From the IMG/VR virus record IMGVR_UViG_3300042349_000626: a stretch of DNA of 64,000 nucleotides; one strand, written 5' to 3'. Positions 18,174 through 28,200 of the stretch are shown in pieces. This DNA is from a virus. Its lineage: Duplodnaviria; Heunggongvirae; Uroviricota; Caudoviricetes. A model generated the notes under the pieces. The model ran no database searches. It was given only the letters and a program-made list of their open reading frames with translations, and was not told where the DNA came from. Numbering within the stretch: the first letter of the stretch is position 1; every line of letters begins with the position of its first letter. Position numbers and translations under genes: made by a program.

Positions 18174-19784
18174 ATGCCGAAAAATTACAACGCTGTAAGA
18201 ACACAAAAGGCATTACCAATTGGATCGGTAATGCCTTGGACTGGGGTATTAACTAGAATCCCCAAGGGGTGGCTATTGTGTAATGGTGCTGAAGTTAGAG
18301 CCGATGAATATCCTTTGTTAGCTAGAATTCTCAAGGATAGTTATGGTGGTACTGGTTTCGATGGTTCTTTTCCAGATTATGAGGGAACTTTTAGATTGCC
18401 TGCCGTAAATCAAAAAACTCTTGCTGATATAGGACCAGAACATTTTAATGCTAACGCTAGTATAGCACCATCATCTATTGATGATATTTCTGCTGGAAAT
18501 GTTGTCATTCAATATCTTGGAGATGAAGGAGATTTGGGTCCTCCAACAACTGTTTTTGCTACTACAGATATTAATTTTACCTACACTCCAGATCCAGACG
18601 GATTTATTGCTGCTTATACTACTTCTGGATCTGGAATTGCTACTGGCTCCACACAAGTATTTAAAAATATCTCTGCTACTGGAGGTACTGGAACAGGAGC
18701 ATTATTTACTGTAATTGTTGCTAGTGACGGAACATATTCTGTAGCTATTAAAAATAAAGGACAAGGTTATACACAAGGAAATATTTTAACCATAAGTGGA
18801 GCTAATATAGGTGGCGGAGGTAATGCTATAGTAACGGTTGATTCTATAGGTAATTCTTATTTTCAAGGAACTGTTGAAGGGCAAACATTTATTGGTGGGT
18901 TTGATGTTCGTTCTGTGTATGTAGTCCCAAGAAAATTGGGAAGAGATCACATGCCACAGCACGTACACCCAGGATCTTATGAAACGATTAATAAAAATGA
19001 TTCTGATACAGTTCCTGGTACTGGTGTGGGAGTTTGGGACAATCCCCAAATATTTTTAGCTCAAACATATGAGCAAACTAATGGAGACCCTAATGAATTT
19101 TGTTTTCCATTAAATCAAAATCCTGACGGTCCTTTAAGTAGTAATGGTGTTGCCAATTATTGGGGAGATCAAACTGGTCTTAATAGTAATGAAGCAACGG
19201 TTGGTTCTTCGAGTAGTCCTTTCCAACAAGGGTATGGAAAATACGCTCTAGCTGTTATTGGTGGAACAAAACCACCTAGAACACACATACCTATTCAAAC
19301 TAGTGCCGCTGCTCACGGTGTGGGCAAAACTTGGTTTACGTCAGCAAAAAAATTAAGAACTAGATCATCAGGTGAAACAGAAACTTCTGATTTAACTAAT
19401 ATTAGAACTACTGGTAGATTAAATGTAAATAGTTTTGTACCATTTTCTGATGAAACAGCTCCAATTAAACAACCAAATTACGATTCGGGGGGCAACGGAA
19501 GCGATCAAGCAGATAATTTTAAAAAGACGCTTTATAATACTGCCGCTGTTAGTTTTACAGTTACAGCTAAAGCTGACGCTAGTGTAAATGATGTTATTGA
19601 AACTCATGACCACGAAAGTGAATTTTTAGTTACTTATGATCCAGGTAATTTAAATATTAGAGATTTTATTTCTGTTAATTGTCAGCCAAATGTTATTCCT
19701 GATAATGTACCAGAAGCTTTACAAATCGCTTTCACATTAACTTCGCCATCATTATCCATAACAAATTTAATTAGGGCATATTAA
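18174..19784 (+). CDS. tail fibre protein with N-terminal phage tail-collar domain
   Basis: PKGWLLCNGAEVRADEYPLLARILKDSYGG..FRLP fits the tail-collar motif. Start is 2 nt after the upstream stop. Confidence 0.7.
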   Translation: MPKNYNAVRTQKALPIGSVMPWTGVLTRIPKGWLLCNGAEVRADEYPLLARILKDSYGGTGFDGSFPDYEGTFRLPAVNQKTLADIGPEHFNANASIAPSSIDDISAGNVVIQYLGDEGDLGPPTTVFATTDINFTYTPDPDGFIAAYTTSGSGIATGSTQVFKNISATGGTGTGALFTVIVASDGTYSVAIKNKGQGYTQGNILTISGANIGGGGNAIVTVDSIGNSYFQGTVEGQTFIGGFDVRSVYVVPRKLGRDHMPQHVHPGSYETINKNDSDTVPGTGVGVWDNPQIFLAQTYEQTNGDPNEFCFPLNQNPDGPLSSNGVANYWGDQTGLNSNEATVGSSSSPFQQGYGKYALAVIGGTKPPRTHIPIQTSAAAHGVGKTWFTSAKKLRTRSSGETETSDLTNIRTTGRLNVNSFVPFSDETAPIKQPNYDSGGNGSDQADNFKKTLYNTAAVSFTVTAKADASVNDVIETHDHESEFLVTYDPGNLNIRDFISVNCQPNVIPDNVPEALQIAFTLTSPSLSITNLIRAY

Positions 19785-19785
19785 C

Positions 19786-20664
19786 ATGGCAAAATATTAC
19801 ACTAGAGAAAAAGCAAAATATGGTGGTATTACAGGCATCATAATGCCCTTTATGGTTAAATTGCCTGATGTTAATATTCCCGATCAATCTACTTGGAAAA
19901 CTTTATTACCTGCTGGCTATTTGAGATGTGATGGCAGCATTCTTTCTGCTGAGGTTTATCCTGGTCTTGCTGCTATTTTAGGAACAGGACAAAATTCTAA
20001 ATTTGCTAAAAATCCAGATGTTCTTACAAGTAATCAATTTCAACTTCCGGATTTAGGATCAAAATATGTTAGATGTGCTAATTCAACTGGTCAATATCTT
20101 AATCTAACATTGGATCAAGATCCATCAATTACTAAAGTTGGAGCGGAAACAATAGTACAATCATTGGTTGGAGATTCGGTAACAATTAGATATGGGGGAA
20201 GTTTTGAAGTTATTGGTCAAGAAAATTCTTTTGGTGGAAACCCTCTATACAAAACTTCTACTGGGTTTGTTTTGAATTCTCCATTAACAGAAGAAAATTT
20301 TCAAGCTCACGGTCACGATGCCGATGTTGGGGTGTTTACGTATTTGGGTAATTGGACAGATACTTCATATGTTCAAAATAGAGGTAGTAGAGGCGGAAAT
20401 GATTCACAAACTGAAGGATCTAATAATGTTGTTCCTTTAGATGGTCCCGAAGGATCTACATTTACAATAAATCATACTCATGGTATTAATTTACCTGGAT
20501 CAACGGAATTAAAAGATAATACAACACTAAAATATCAATTTTTTAATACTGACATTGCTGCTGATGGTCTAGAAAGTGAAGTCATTATTACTACTGAAAA
20601 TGTTAAAAAATTGGACACTGCTATATCACCTTACATGTTAGTAGAATTTATTATCAAGATATAA
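19786..20664 (+). CDS. tail fibre/collar-domain protein
   Basis: PAGYLRCDGSILSAEVYPGLAAILGTG...QLPDLGSKYVR collar-like motif. Confidence 0.6.
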   Translation: MAKYYTREKAKYGGITGIIMPFMVKLPDVNIPDQSTWKTLLPAGYLRCDGSILSAEVYPGLAAILGTGQNSKFAKNPDVLTSNQFQLPDLGSKYVRCANSTGQYLNLTLDQDPSITKVGAETIVQSLVGDSVTIRYGGSFEVIGQENSFGGNPLYKTSTGFVLNSPLTEENFQAHGHDADVGVFTYLGNWTDTSYVQNRGSRGGNDSQTEGSNNVVPLDGPEGSTFTINHTHGINLPGSTELKDNTTLKYQFFNTDIAADGLESEVIITTENVKKLDTAISPYMLVEFIIKI

Positions 20665-20668
20665 AAAT

Positions 20669-22102
20669 ATGCCCAGTCAAGATTTTACTAGTTCGACATC
20701 TTGGACAGCACCCTTTGCTTGTAGAAATGTAACTGCTACAGCTATCGGTGGTGGTGGATCTGGCTATAAAGATAGAACTGATAATCAAGATGGTGGTGGC
20801 GGCGGCGGCGGTGGATTTGCTAGATCTACGAGATCAGTAGCTGGCGGAACCGTTGTATCCATAACTGTTGGATCTGGTGGTAATCAGCCAGGAAATAATA
20901 ATTCCAACAACGGCGGAACTACTATAATTAGTGGTGGACCATTAGGTGTAACTGCTACTGGGGGGAGAGGAGGCACTGACGGGCAAGGTGGAAATGGTGG
21001 TAGTGGATCTGGAGATGAAACTGGTGGTGGACAAGATGGAACAAAAGATTCCGACAATAACACTACTGGCGGCGAAGGTGGTGGAGCAGGAAGACCAGGA
21101 GGTAATTCTGGACGCTGTGGTAATTCTCTGGGGGGACAAGGAACAAATTTAGATGGGTCTCAGGCAGGATGTACTGGTGGTAAAAGGGGAGGTAATTATG
21201 GAGCTGGTGGAGCTGGTAATACTAATGGAGGTGAGGCAGGCGCTGGCGCTAATGGAGCTGCTCGATTAGTATGGGATTTTCATCCACCACAAATAAATTC
21301 ATTTACTGCTAGTACTCAAACTAATCCAGTTCCAGGAACATTAAGTAGTACTATAACACTAACTTGGAGCACTACTTATGCTAGCAGTGTAACAATTGAT
21401 CAAGGAGTTGGTGGAGTTGCTGTTAATTCTGGTGGGTTCTCAGTTAATACTGGTCTTCAATCTGTCGCTGGATCTAATTCTCCAGCACAAAGAACTTATA
21501 CAATAACAGCCACTGGTCCTGGAGGAACTGTCACCGCCACTGCTACTGCTAGTGTTTATAATGATGGTACTCCAAATGATTACTCCGTACCAAGTCAAAC
21601 AAATTTAGAACCAAGTACATTAACCAGCATTTCGATTGGAACAATTACTGGCATAGATGTTACAATTAATGCCCAAGGTGGTCCTGGTGTACAAGTATCA
21701 ACTAATAATTCTTCTTGGGCTGGATCTGTTTTTGTATCTAATAACAATCCTTTATTTGTTAGAGCTGTTTCTCCCCCATTCAATACTGATCCATCTGGGT
21801 TAACTAATTCTTCTAGTTTTTATGTTGATGTGGGTCCCATTCGAAGATTTTTTACCTTAACAACTAGAGCGCCTGATGTCAACGAGACATTTAATTACCC
21901 AAATGAAGATGATAGAGTTCCTTTTCCTGATATAGATACTATACCCGATCCAGCTGAACCTTATATTATATCTAACACATTAACTGTTGATGATATTGAA
22001 ATACCTGTAGAAATTAAAACTAATAATTCTAATGTACAAATTAGAAAAAAAACTCCTGGCTCATCTGCTTGGGGCGAATGGATCGATATAAGGAGTATTT
22101 AA
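20669..22102 (+). CDS. Gly-rich fibre-like protein, paralog 1 (shared ~260-aa C-terminal module)
   Basis: Poly-Gly tracts (GGGGGGGGF). C-terminus TRAPDVNETFNYPNEDDR..DIDTIP..TLTVDDIEIPVEIKTNNSNVQIRKK..WGEWIDIRSI. Confidence 0.6.
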   Translation: MPSQDFTSSTSWTAPFACRNVTATAIGGGGSGYKDRTDNQDGGGGGGGGFARSTRSVAGGTVVSITVGSGGNQPGNNNSNNGGTTIISGGPLGVTATGGRGGTDGQGGNGGSGSGDETGGGQDGTKDSDNNTTGGEGGGAGRPGGNSGRCGNSLGGQGTNLDGSQAGCTGGKRGGNYGAGGAGNTNGGEAGAGANGAARLVWDFHPPQINSFTASTQTNPVPGTLSSTITLTWSTTYASSVTIDQGVGGVAVNSGGFSVNTGLQSVAGSNSPAQRTYTITATGPGGTVTATATASVYNDGTPNDYSVPSQTNLEPSTLTSISIGTITGIDVTINAQGGPGVQVSTNNSSWAGSVFVSNNNPLFVRAVSPPFNTDPSGLTNSSSFYVDVGPIRRFFTLTTRAPDVNETFNYPNEDDRVPFPDIDTIPDPAEPYIISNTLTVDDIEIPVEIKTNNSNVQIRKKTPGSSAWGEWIDIRSI

Positions 22103-23407
22103 ATGCCGTTACCTCCAGCAGTATCAGTAAATTGGACTACATCTCAAGTTGGTGTTGGCGCTCCTTTTGGATGGAATATATCAAATAGTGGAAACACTAT
22201 AAGATTTGATGTACAGGATTCTGCTAATTGTGGCGGTCCTAATGGTAATGTTCAAAATGGTGTTGCTACAGCAGTATTGAGTGCTCAAGCAAGATTTAAT
22301 ATGACTGTTTCGTTAACTGGTCTGGGAGAAAGTCAAGATCCTGGATTTGAAAATATGAGTTTGAGATTCAATGGAGCCGAAATAATTAGAGCAACATCTC
22401 CAGGTGGACAACAAGGTTGTGCTGTAGGAAGACCAGTAAATCAAACAATAGTAGTTCCTGGCCCATATTTTCTAGCTAAAAATAGCACTAATTCTTTTCA
22501 ATTAAATTTTAGCACGACAGACTCTTTATTCCACGTTGGTTGTTTTTATCAATGTAATTTGACTTTTACCTTATTAGATCCTCCAGAAATTTTTGAATTT
22601 TATGCTGATCCAAATCCACAAACTAGTGGTATTTTAGGTGTACCATCAGCAAATACAGCATTTTTTTGGAATACTTTTGGGGCACAAACATTAAACATTA
22701 ATCAAGGAGTTGGCGAACTTTCTTCGATTGCTGGATCAACTGGAACAGTTAACACTGGTCTTCAATCTATCACAGGATCAGTTTCGCCAGCAACTAAAAC
22801 TTATACACTAACAGCAGCAAATAGTGCTGGCACAACGACTGCTCAAACTACAGTATCAGTATATAATGATAATACTCCAACTGGGTTCAGTATACCAAAT
22901 CAAAATAATGTAGAACCAAATAGTCCTGTAATTATACAAACATCAGCAATTGAAGGAATAGACATGATAACTGTTGCTAGTGGTGGTCCAGGTGTTCAAG
23001 TTTCTACCAACGGCGTTAATTATGCTAATACAACTACTATAAGTAACAATCAACAATTATACGTAAAAGTTTTTTCTTTACCATTTAACACAGATCCTTC
23101 TGGTTTAACTAACTCTACTCAGTATTATGTTGATGTTGGACCAACTAGATCAACTTTTACAGTGACAACAAGAGCACCAGATGTTAATGAAACCTTCAAT
23201 TACCCAAATGAAGATGATAGATTACCATCTCCAGATATTGATACAATACCTGGAACACCAGATTCATATATAACATCGGATACTTTAACGGTTGATGATA
23301 TTGAAATACCAGTTGAAGTTAAAGTTAGTAATCCAAATGTTCAAGTGAGAATAAAACCTTCTGGTTCTACTAATTGGAATAATTGGCAAGATGTAAGGAG
23401 TATATAA
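22103..23407 (+). CDS. fibre-like protein, paralog 2 (different N-terminal domain, same C-terminal module)
   Basis: C-terminal region is near-identical in pattern to paralogs 1 and 3 (...NPNVQVRIKPSGSTNWNNWQDVRSI). Confidence 0.6.
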   Translation: MPLPPAVSVNWTTSQVGVGAPFGWNISNSGNTIRFDVQDSANCGGPNGNVQNGVATAVLSAQARFNMTVSLTGLGESQDPGFENMSLRFNGAEIIRATSPGGQQGCAVGRPVNQTIVVPGPYFLAKNSTNSFQLNFSTTDSLFHVGCFYQCNLTFTLLDPPEIFEFYADPNPQTSGILGVPSANTAFFWNTFGAQTLNINQGVGELSSIAGSTGTVNTGLQSITGSVSPATKTYTLTAANSAGTTTAQTTVSVYNDNTPTGFSIPNQNNVEPNSPVIIQTSAIEGIDMITVASGGPGVQVSTNGVNYANTTTISNNQQLYVKVFSLPFNTDPSGLTNSTQYYVDVGPTRSTFTVTTRAPDVNETFNYPNEDDRLPSPDIDTIPGTPDSYITSDTLTVDDIEIPVEVKVSNPNVQVRIKPSGSTNWNNWQDVRSI

Positions 23408-24967
23408 ATGGCATCATCAACTTTTAGTGCTACCTACACATCTAGCCAAACTATATCTATTCCAGCAAATGCTACCAACATTTCTATTCAAGTTGCTGCT
23501 GCTAGGGGTGGATCTGGTGGTTATGATGCCAATACTCCTGGGGGAACTTATGGAGCTGGTAGATTCGGAACATTTAATATACAACCATCATTTGTTGCTA
23601 GAAATTTACAATTTAATATTGGTACGATTGGTGGCGATGGAACGAGTAGCCAAGGTAGTGCTCCTGGTGGCGGTGGGGGTGGTGGTGTTGCTTCTGGTGG
23701 AACAGGTGGTCGTGCTGGTCCACAGGGATCTTCTGGAGGTGGCGGTGGCGGTGGCGGAGCCACTGGTGTTTATGATAGTTATTCTGGTTCTTGGATCATT
23801 GTTGCTGGTGGCGGCGGCGGTGGCGGTGGAGCAGCATACCCAGGCGTTAATGGTTTAATAGGTGATGTTGCTCTTAATTGGGTAGGTTCTGTTTCTCCAA
23901 TCAGTAACGGTGGTGGTGGTGGTAATTGTCCTAGTGATGGATCTGGTGGTGGTGGAGGCGGAGGTGGTGCTAGCGGAGGAGGTGGAGGATATAATGGTTT
24001 TGACGTGAGTGTTGGAAACGTCAATGCTAGGGGTGGATACGGTGGTGGTAGCGGATATAACACTACATACGCTTCATTAACTTCATCAAATATTAATAAT
24101 GGTAACGGATATATTTTTATTCAATACACTTTATTAACTCCAGAAATTAATAATTTTTCGGCAAATCCAAATCCACAAACTAGTGGATCTGATGGTATTC
24201 AAAATTATGACACTACATTAAGTTGGAATACATCAGATACAACATCTGTTTCTATAAGTAATATTGGTGTGGTTGGTTCTAGTGGTTCTGCTAGTATTAC
24301 AAATTTACCTCAATCAACAGTTGGTTCGTCTTCTCCTGCCACGAGATCTTATACATTAACTGCTTGTGCTGGATCTAATTGTGTCAATCAAACTATAACC
24401 GTTGAAGTTTTTAATGATAATACACCAGATAATTATAGTATTTCTAATCAAAGTAATTTAGAACCAAATACTTTAACGACTACCAGTACAACAACTATAA
24501 CTGGAATTGATATGCAAACTATAGTATCTGCTGGACCAGGAGTTCAAGTTTCTAATAATAGCGTAAATTGGTCTGGATCTGTTTTGGTATCAAATAATAA
24601 CGTAATTTTTGCTAGAGCTTCGTCTCCTCCATTTAATACAGATCCTTCTGGTTTAACTAATTCTTCACAGTTTTACATTGATATTGGTCCAGTTAGAAGA
24701 TTTTTTACACTGACAACAAGAGCACCAGATGTCAGTGAAACGTTTAATTTTTCTAATAAAGATGATAAAGTTCCTTATCCAGATATAGACACTATAACAA
24801 CTCCTCCAGACAATCCAGCGGAACAATATATTAGTTCGAATACTTTAAGTGTCGATGATATTGAAATACCAGTTGAAATTAAAACCAATAATTCAAATAT
24901 ACAGATTAGAGTAAAACGAGCTGGAGCTAGCAGTTGGGAAAATTGGCAAGATACTAGATCAATATAA
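23408..24967 (+). CDS. Gly-rich fibre-like protein, paralog 3
   Basis: Long poly-Gly runs. C-terminus ...NSNIQIRVKRAGASSWENWQDTRSI. Confidence 0.6.
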   Translation: MASSTFSATYTSSQTISIPANATNISIQVAAARGGSGGYDANTPGGTYGAGRFGTFNIQPSFVARNLQFNIGTIGGDGTSSQGSAPGGGGGGGVASGGTGGRAGPQGSSGGGGGGGGATGVYDSYSGSWIIVAGGGGGGGGAAYPGVNGLIGDVALNWVGSVSPISNGGGGGNCPSDGSGGGGGGGGASGGGGGYNGFDVSVGNVNARGGYGGGSGYNTTYASLTSSNINNGNGYIFIQYTLLTPEINNFSANPNPQTSGSDGIQNYDTTLSWNTSDTTSVSISNIGVVGSSGSASITNLPQSTVGSSSPATRSYTLTACAGSNCVNQTITVEVFNDNTPDNYSISNQSNLEPNTLTTTSTTTITGIDMQTIVSAGPGVQVSNNSVNWSGSVLVSNNNVIFARASSPPFNTDPSGLTNSSQFYIDIGPVRRFFTLTTRAPDVSETFNFSNKDDKVPYPDIDTITTPPDNPAEQYISSNTLSVDDIEIPVEIKTNNSNIQIRVKRAGASSWENWQDTRSI

Positions 24968-24970
24968 ATA
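24963..24970 (+). promoter_or_regulatory. TATAAATA late-promoter motif
   Basis: Exact motif 20 nt upstream of ATG 24990. Confidence 0.4.
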
Positions 24971-24989
24971 CAAAAAATAAGGTGATGAT

Positions 24990-25166
24990 ATGAAAAAGAC
25001 ATTTGTAGATGCCCCCAACATGTCTCCGAAAGAAGAGTACTATCGCTCACAAATTATTTCTGTAAATAACATTAAAGAAAACGAAAAATTAGAAATTAAA
25101 GCATCGGAACCAATTCAAGTTAGAATTAATGGGGGACCATGGCAAGATATAAGACCACTACAGTGA
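24990..25166 (+). CDS. 58-aa protein carrying only the C-terminal motif of the paralog family (..IQVRINGGPWQDIRPLQ)
   Basis: Hand-translated ORF (under 60 aa). Its terminal motif matches the ends of the three paralogs. Confidence 0.4.
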   Translation: MKKTFVDAPNMSPKEEYYRSQIISVNNIKENEKLEIKASEPIQVRINGGPWQDIRPLQ

Positions 25167-25167
25167 A

Positions 25168-25175
25168 TATAAATA
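25168..25175 (+). promoter_or_regulatory. TATAAATA late-promoter motif upstream of the 1822-aa fibre gene
   Basis: Exact motif 29 nt upstream of ATG 25204. Confidence 0.45.
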
Positions 25176-25203
25176 AAGAATAGCGGATATTGTCATAAAA
25201 TAA

Positions 25204-28200
25204 ATGCCATTTAGTAGTACGCCAGTATATGTTGGGCTTGGAGATCAAGTAGAAGTTAGATACCCAACACCATCAACTTGGAATACAAAAGTATCAGTTA
25301 ACGTTCAAATTGGAACTGGTTCTGATCCTGATGGCATTATTTTTGGTACGAGAATACCAGATTCGAGACCAGATAGTTTTAGCTTTAACGATCAACAAGC
25401 ATTTATTAACACAAGTACCACAACAGTACTTACAACAATTGAAAGATCTACTACATATTATTCAAATGAAATTTTAGTTAATGGAATTGAAATTGAAATT
25501 CCTGCTGTAGTAACGGTTACTACTAGTGGTCCGAAAGGAACTACGACAGGAGCAAATGCCGCTGCTGCTTTTAGAATAGATCGTGGTGGTTCTATAGGTC
25601 CTTGGATTACGTCAGGAACTGTACGTCAAGGCGATAAGATCAGATTACGATTAACCACCGAAAATTGGTATACTACAACAACTAATGTAACCCTCAGACT
25701 TTCAGATGAAACGTGGGGAACAAATGTAGGGCAACCTAGTGCTGTAGTAAGTGATACTTGGTCTGTTACTACACGAGCACAAGATCAACTTGTAAATTCT
25801 TGGCAGTTTACTGATTTTGTTGATGTTATTGCTACAGAATTTGGTACATACAAAACACAAAATATACCCATCACTGGCATTGATTCTGATGCTGTTTTAA
25901 GAGCTACATCTACTGGTAATGTACAGATTTCTAAAGATAATTCAACTTGGTCTCAATCTGTAACTGGTCTTGTTTTAAACAATACATTATATACACGAAT
26001 TGCTATTGGATCTACGTATACAACTAAAACATCTGGATCCGTAACTATTTTTTCAAATGATGCTGATACTTTAACTGGCGGTTACGAAAATAACGATGCT
26101 GGAACTTATGGGTCTGGAACTTTTCAAGTAATACAAGCAATTGGAACTGTAACAGATAACTGGTATGTTTGGACAGAAGTAGATAGATATCCAAATACTG
26201 TTTCTTTATCTCCTATTTTTACTCCATCCGATGATGGAACAATTGATAATGTTGTAGTTAGTTCTACAAATACTTTTAATGCTGCTGAACCAGACAGAAC
26301 TTATTTTACCAATTTCAATATTTCTGGATTGGGTACAGAATATCCAAGCAATACATATGCTGAAGCAGCAACCCCAATTAATCCTTCGTATCTTTCTAGT
26401 TCACTACCGTTAAATACTACTCCAACTTCAAATCAAACTGTACAAGTTCTTTGTTCTGTAACTAGTGGTGATGCTCAAATTAGAAAGAATAATACAGGAA
26501 CTTGGGTACAACAATTATATGTTCAAAATGGCGATCAAGTAAATTTAAGATTAACTGCTTCTCCCAATTTCAATACTACAAAAACTAGTTCAATTAGAAT
26601 ATCTGGTCCTCCATCAGCTGGTCCTAATGGGAACCCCACGGCAGGTCCAACAACACCTACATTTGCTGATAAAGTAGATACAATTACTTTAAAAACACGA
26701 CTTTCTAGAAGCACTCCATATCCATTCAGAGCTAGAGATAATTATACCGCTTTGCCTGGACAAACATATATTGTAACCATACCAATTGCTGGTCTTGATG
26801 TAGCTACCACAGCACAAGCAGTAGATGCCGAATCAACTGTAGGAGCAAATGTACAAGTAAGTGTAGATAACGTAACATTTGCTAAAACTGTTACTGTTCC
26901 TGCTACTGCTGAAGTAGTATATGTAAGAGCAACTGCTTCAAATACTCAAGGTAATGTTGTTAGTGCTGCTTATAGAATTGGAAGCACTACTGATGTTTGG
27001 AAAATACAAACACAAATAGAAGACAATATTTATGCTAGTTACAGTGGTGGTGTTGGTGCTAGTGGGTCTTTTGTTGAATATAATCTCCCAGCTTATGTAC
27101 AGCAATTATCTTTTGTAATGTATGGTGGTGGTGGCGGAAATGGTGGTGATGATGCCCCAAATAGTTTTGGTGGAAGGGGTGGTTTTAGTACAATATTAAA
27201 GGGTGTAATTAATTTACCTCAAGAAGTGTTGAATGATGACAATTTAAGAAATCTAAAAATATATACAGGAAATTCTGGTAGATTTGGTGTAAATTTCTTG
27301 AGTGGTGCTCAAGGTGGAGCTGGTGGTTGGGGTTATGCTATTGGTGGTGATGGTGGTAATGCTGGTCCTAGCGATAAATCAGGTGGAGGAGGCGGAGGCG
27401 GTGGTGCTTCCGCTATTACATTAGGGGATGGAACTTTACTTGTTATGGCTGGAGGTGGTGGCGGCGGTGCTGGTGCTGGTAATGACACTACGCTTCAACA
27501 AACAAATCAAAATGGCAACTATACAGGAATAACTACATTAAGAACATCTTTAAATGGATTGAATTTTAATGGTTCTGATGGTCAATCTAATCTCACCGAT
27601 GGTGGTGGTGGAGGCGGTGGTGGTGGTGGCTTTGGAGCTGGTGGAATAATTCCGCCAAACAAAGTTGATGAAAGTGGTGTTGTAATCCAAACAACTGATT
27701 TAGATGCTATTGGTGGCACAACTGGAGATCTTTATTATAATTCAAATTACGCCACAATAACAGAAACAACTGGTTTAAATTTGGGTGCTGGACCACAAGA
27801 GTTTGGCTATGTAATGTTAACTTATTCTCCGCAGGACATTACACCAGAACCATTTTTCTTCCCTGAAGTAGATAATGCTTCTCCTGCTACTCAATACACT
27901 TCAGAAAAAGTTCAAATTTTTGGAATCACTGGTGGAGTTATATCTACATTGATTGGTAATAATGCCCAAGTTAGAACTTGTAATCCAAATGATCCAAATA
28001 CCTGTGGAGCATGGGGACAATCAGCAATTATTTTCAATGAAGGATATGTTCAAGTCAGATTTACAACTGGCAATGATTATTTTACGACTTACAGAGCAAA
28101 CGTTACGATTGGTAATGTAACTTCATTCTTTAATGTAAATACTGGCGAACCCCCAGATAATAATCCAGCGCCATTTACAATACCAAATAAAATAGATCAA

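Noticed and set aside
23548-24063. Minus-strand ORFs encoding poly-Pro (23548-23763, 23779-24063), and the other minus-strand ORFs in the track
   Set aside because: They are reverse-complement shadows of the (GGN)n / low-complexity plus-strand genes. There are no RBSs or promoters, and every supportable gene in the window is on the + strand.
20669-24967. Diversity-generating retroelement behind the variable fibre paralogs
   Set aside because: No reverse transcriptase ORF and no template/variable repeat pair with adenine-specific differences were found. The variation is whole-domain, not mutagenic.
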